A program made the translations under genes and the position numbers. A DNA stretch of 63,070 nucleotides, counting the filler, from Catajapyx aquilonaris (taxonomy: Eukaryota), in the NCBI GenBank assembly GCA_000934665.2. It is 3 parts of 3 records of this genome, joined end to end, with 100 filler letters (N's around TTAATTAATTAA, not from the genome) between each part and the next. Parts side by side here need not be neighbours in the genome. Positions count along the whole stretch, not along the records: positions 42,016 to 63,070 come from JYFJ02006177.1; 2 more parts are not named here. One strand, 5' to 3'. Under the pieces are notes generated by a model. It did no database searches. It had not been told where the DNA came from and worked only from the letters and a program-made list of their open reading frames with translations. Positions 60,447 to 63,070 of this stretch are shown here, piece after piece (the first letter of the stretch is position 1; each line of letters opens with the position of its first letter).

Positions 60447-61832
60447 ATGTTTCGCGTTCAGGACGCGCTTTGGTCCTTCTCTCCCTTGGCCAGATGTTCG
60501 GCCATCTTCGGGTTGTGGACATGTCCACTGCATCCCAGAAGAGAGTCATTGCTTCACCAGTGGCCACTGGCTGTCAATGTGGTCATTTTTGTGGTCGGGT
60601 ATTTTATATCCACTTGGACGCAGTTATACGCATCATTGACAATGGAAAAGTCAAATACCAGCATAGCTTCAGATTTTTATGTGCACAGGGCCATCCATCT
60701 GATTCCGTTCCTGAGCCTGCTGTTTCTCTCGAAACAACGAGGTAAAATCAGATACATACTGAGGAAACTGCAATCTTTGGACTGGACATGCGGAGACCTG
60801 GAGGTGAACCGCTCTCTTCGGAAATTGTCATGGAAAATTGTGCCGTTCTCTCTGGCACACACATTGGCGATTACGATGGTACAAGGCTATTATTTTTGGG
60901 TAAAATATCAAACTGCAGGGCTCATCCCAACACTTGCTGTCTTTCAATTTATGTCAATCCGTAACCTGGCTGCAGGTCAACTTCTCTTTTTCGCGTGTGC
61001 CATTGGCAGGAGGTTTCGGTTCATTTGTGAAGATATTGCGACAACATGCGCTTCGCTTCAAGAACTTTTTCCCTCTTACCGAGATGAAGAAACGGCCAGA
61101 CCTAAGTATGTTCGCAAGGCCACCTTTGCCAAACCTGGCAAAGTTTTCTTGGATCTTTATGAGTTGAGTGCAGATTTGAACAAGGTGTTTGGAATTTCAA
61201 CATGCGTCACGTACTTGGGTATCTGCCTGGAAATTGTATCAGCATTGTTTTTCGTGATTGACAATTGGGCAAGTGCTGGGCCCACACCCATAATTATATT
61301 TTCTTCGATTGTAACTCTAAACATATTGACTGTGACCATTTACACCTCTGCAATATACAGTCAGAGGGAAACAGTAAGTTGTTTCATCTCTTTTCGAACC
61401 GTAAGCCACATTGAGATATGATTTTATGCTGCACTGCTGTTTTACGCCATAAGCAAACAAAGATTGTTCCCAAAATTCATTGCAGCCTACTCAAACTCTG
61501 GATGCCCTGGTGAAAATTCGCAAATTGGACATGAGTCTGGACTCTCAGGAGCAGGTCAGGAATCGCCATTCACTGTCATTCCATTTGCATCAATTTATGC
61601 CCATAACAGGTCCGGACCCTGATCCAAAGGATGCTGGGTCCTCCAGTCCAGTTCACCGCAGCCAGCTTCTTCACCATCAACCGAGGGCTTCTCACCTCGG
61701 TAAGATTAGCACACTTGCATTACTTGGGCACTTTTGAGATGCACAGTAATTGGCCTCTCTTTGCAGATTGCGGGGACTGTCACTACTTATCTGATCATCC
61801 TGATTCAATTTAGGTCTGCCGAGAACACGTAG
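60447..61832 (+). CDS. Gustatory receptor (7tm_7 family), copy 2 (exons 60447-61373, 61486-61554, 61610-61699, 61767-61832)
   Basis: Tandem paralogue of copy 1 with the same intron positions and the signature TYLIILIQF. Confidence 0.92.
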
Positions 61833-62238
61833 AACAATTCCACCTTAACCTTTGCAGAAATTGCGGCCAGTAATGAATAATTTGGTAACACGTTATTTGA
61901 GGGGGTCACCGGGATACAAACATGTCATCTCAAATACATCACAGGTATGCCCTATGGCCTACGACATAAGTGTCATATCATATAATATGGTTTGCAAATT
62001 TGTCATTTGACACCAATTTCGGTATACAGTATTACCTCGCATGTTTTTGTGTGTCGCCTGATATGACTGTACAGTCCTGATTCGAAAGTGTGTTACCGTT
62101 TTGTGTGTATAATCAGTGGTAACAATTCTACTCTACATGTACGATAGATCTGTTAAACACTAATAATGATTTTAGACTAATTACGTCCTATAGTTCTCGG
62201 ATTGTGAAGTTTTGTGTAGGACATCTTGTACTGTACTA

Positions 62239-62389
62239 CCCAAGGGGGTAATCACGTCGGTACTCCGGTGTACACCTGGGAGTGGTACTCCCTGGTACTC
62301 CTCAGGCACCTCACTCTTTATTACTCCGTGGTACTCCTTGAATTTGGTACTCCAGTGTACACTTTTCAGTCGAGTGATTATCCCCTTGG
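62239..62389. mobile_element. Small MITE with internal GGTACTCC repeats
   Basis: Ends CCAAGGGGGTAATCAC and GTGATTATCCCCTTGG are inverted. TACTAC flanks both sides. There are five GGTACTCC units inside. Confidence 0.6.
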
Positions 62390-62559
62390 TACTACCTGTC
62401 ACTATGAGTTTTTATGTAGCATGTGAGTAGTAATGTCTGACTACGGAAATAATAATGCAATATCTCTCTTCACATAGCCTCTTATAGATTGTAATTAGCA
62501 TCCTTCATTCATTTACCTTCCACAGTGCATTTTGCTTAATCAAGTGCAGGGAACAGCAA

Positions 62560-62893
62560 CTGAGGATGCAGGCCTGCATATCTATCTGAGGCAAAATCCC
62601 AGGTTGGCAAGTCTCTTATAATCCCTTCTACTCTTCTAGTGTGACTCACCAGTGGGTTGCAATCTGTACTAGATAATAATAATTATTTGATTTCATTGCA
62701 CTTTTGGCATTTAATGTCTCAGCTGCATGCAGAGTTGTCATGCCTTGAGTGTGATAATTGTCTTGGTATTACAATACCTTGTGTCACGTGCATGACATGT
62801 GATGGAAACTAGTTTTTGTGAGCCTCTAACTTATTGCTTCTGTTTGTTCATAATTAGCTTTCTGGCAAAAAATAATGTCAACCTTAATGTATA
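62560..62893 (+). repeat. Third copy of the non-coding upstream segment of the GR tandem unit
   Basis: AAATCCCA(A/G)GTTGG.AAGTCTCT, GCATGACATGT, TTTTTGTGAGCCT and TGTCAA.CTTAATGTATAA match 57290-57550 and 59970-60280. Confidence 0.75.
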
Positions 62894-63070
62894 ACGGACC
62901 ACTTGCCATTCTATCCCAAGCCCGGGCATTCCGCCCTTCATCTCGTGCCGAGTTGGGTGCAAAAGTGGTAAAGTTTAAATCTCAAATGGATTTCTTATCC
63001 AATTGATTGACATGCCCAATGAATAGTCCGCATCTCGGGAAAATTATATCTGTCGTGAGCCAATTGTACG

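Overview
Eukaryotic DNA, most likely from an insect or other hexapod (many introns of 52-70 nt, insect-type gustatory receptors). The window is three contigs of about 20.9-21.1 kb joined by identical artificial 100-bp linkers (44N-TTAATTAATTAA-44N), so adjacency across 20899-20998 and 41916-42015 is not biological. Contig 1 holds two head-to-tail non-autonomous Helitrons, TMEM170, a deleted Tc1/mariner element, several MITEs and a complete SNRK gene. One of these Helitrons carries a decayed BC-box/LRR cargo gene with its own spliced leader. Contig 2 holds a partial TopBP1-like multi-BRCT gene with an internally duplicated BRCT6-like module. Its introns are packed with MITEs (piggyBac, Kolobok, hAT, Harbinger, pogo, mariner types), tRNA-derived SINEs and a third Helitron of the same family. 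Contig 3 holds the 3' half of tomosyn, with apparent mutually exclusive and cassette exons, and a tandem gustatory receptor array (two full genes plus the upstream part of a third unit). The most interesting candidate is a (TAA)n-associated Helitron family with conserved ends, variable interiors and a captured putative Cullin-RING E3 adaptor gene. All family assignments come from manual motif recognition; no database searches were run.
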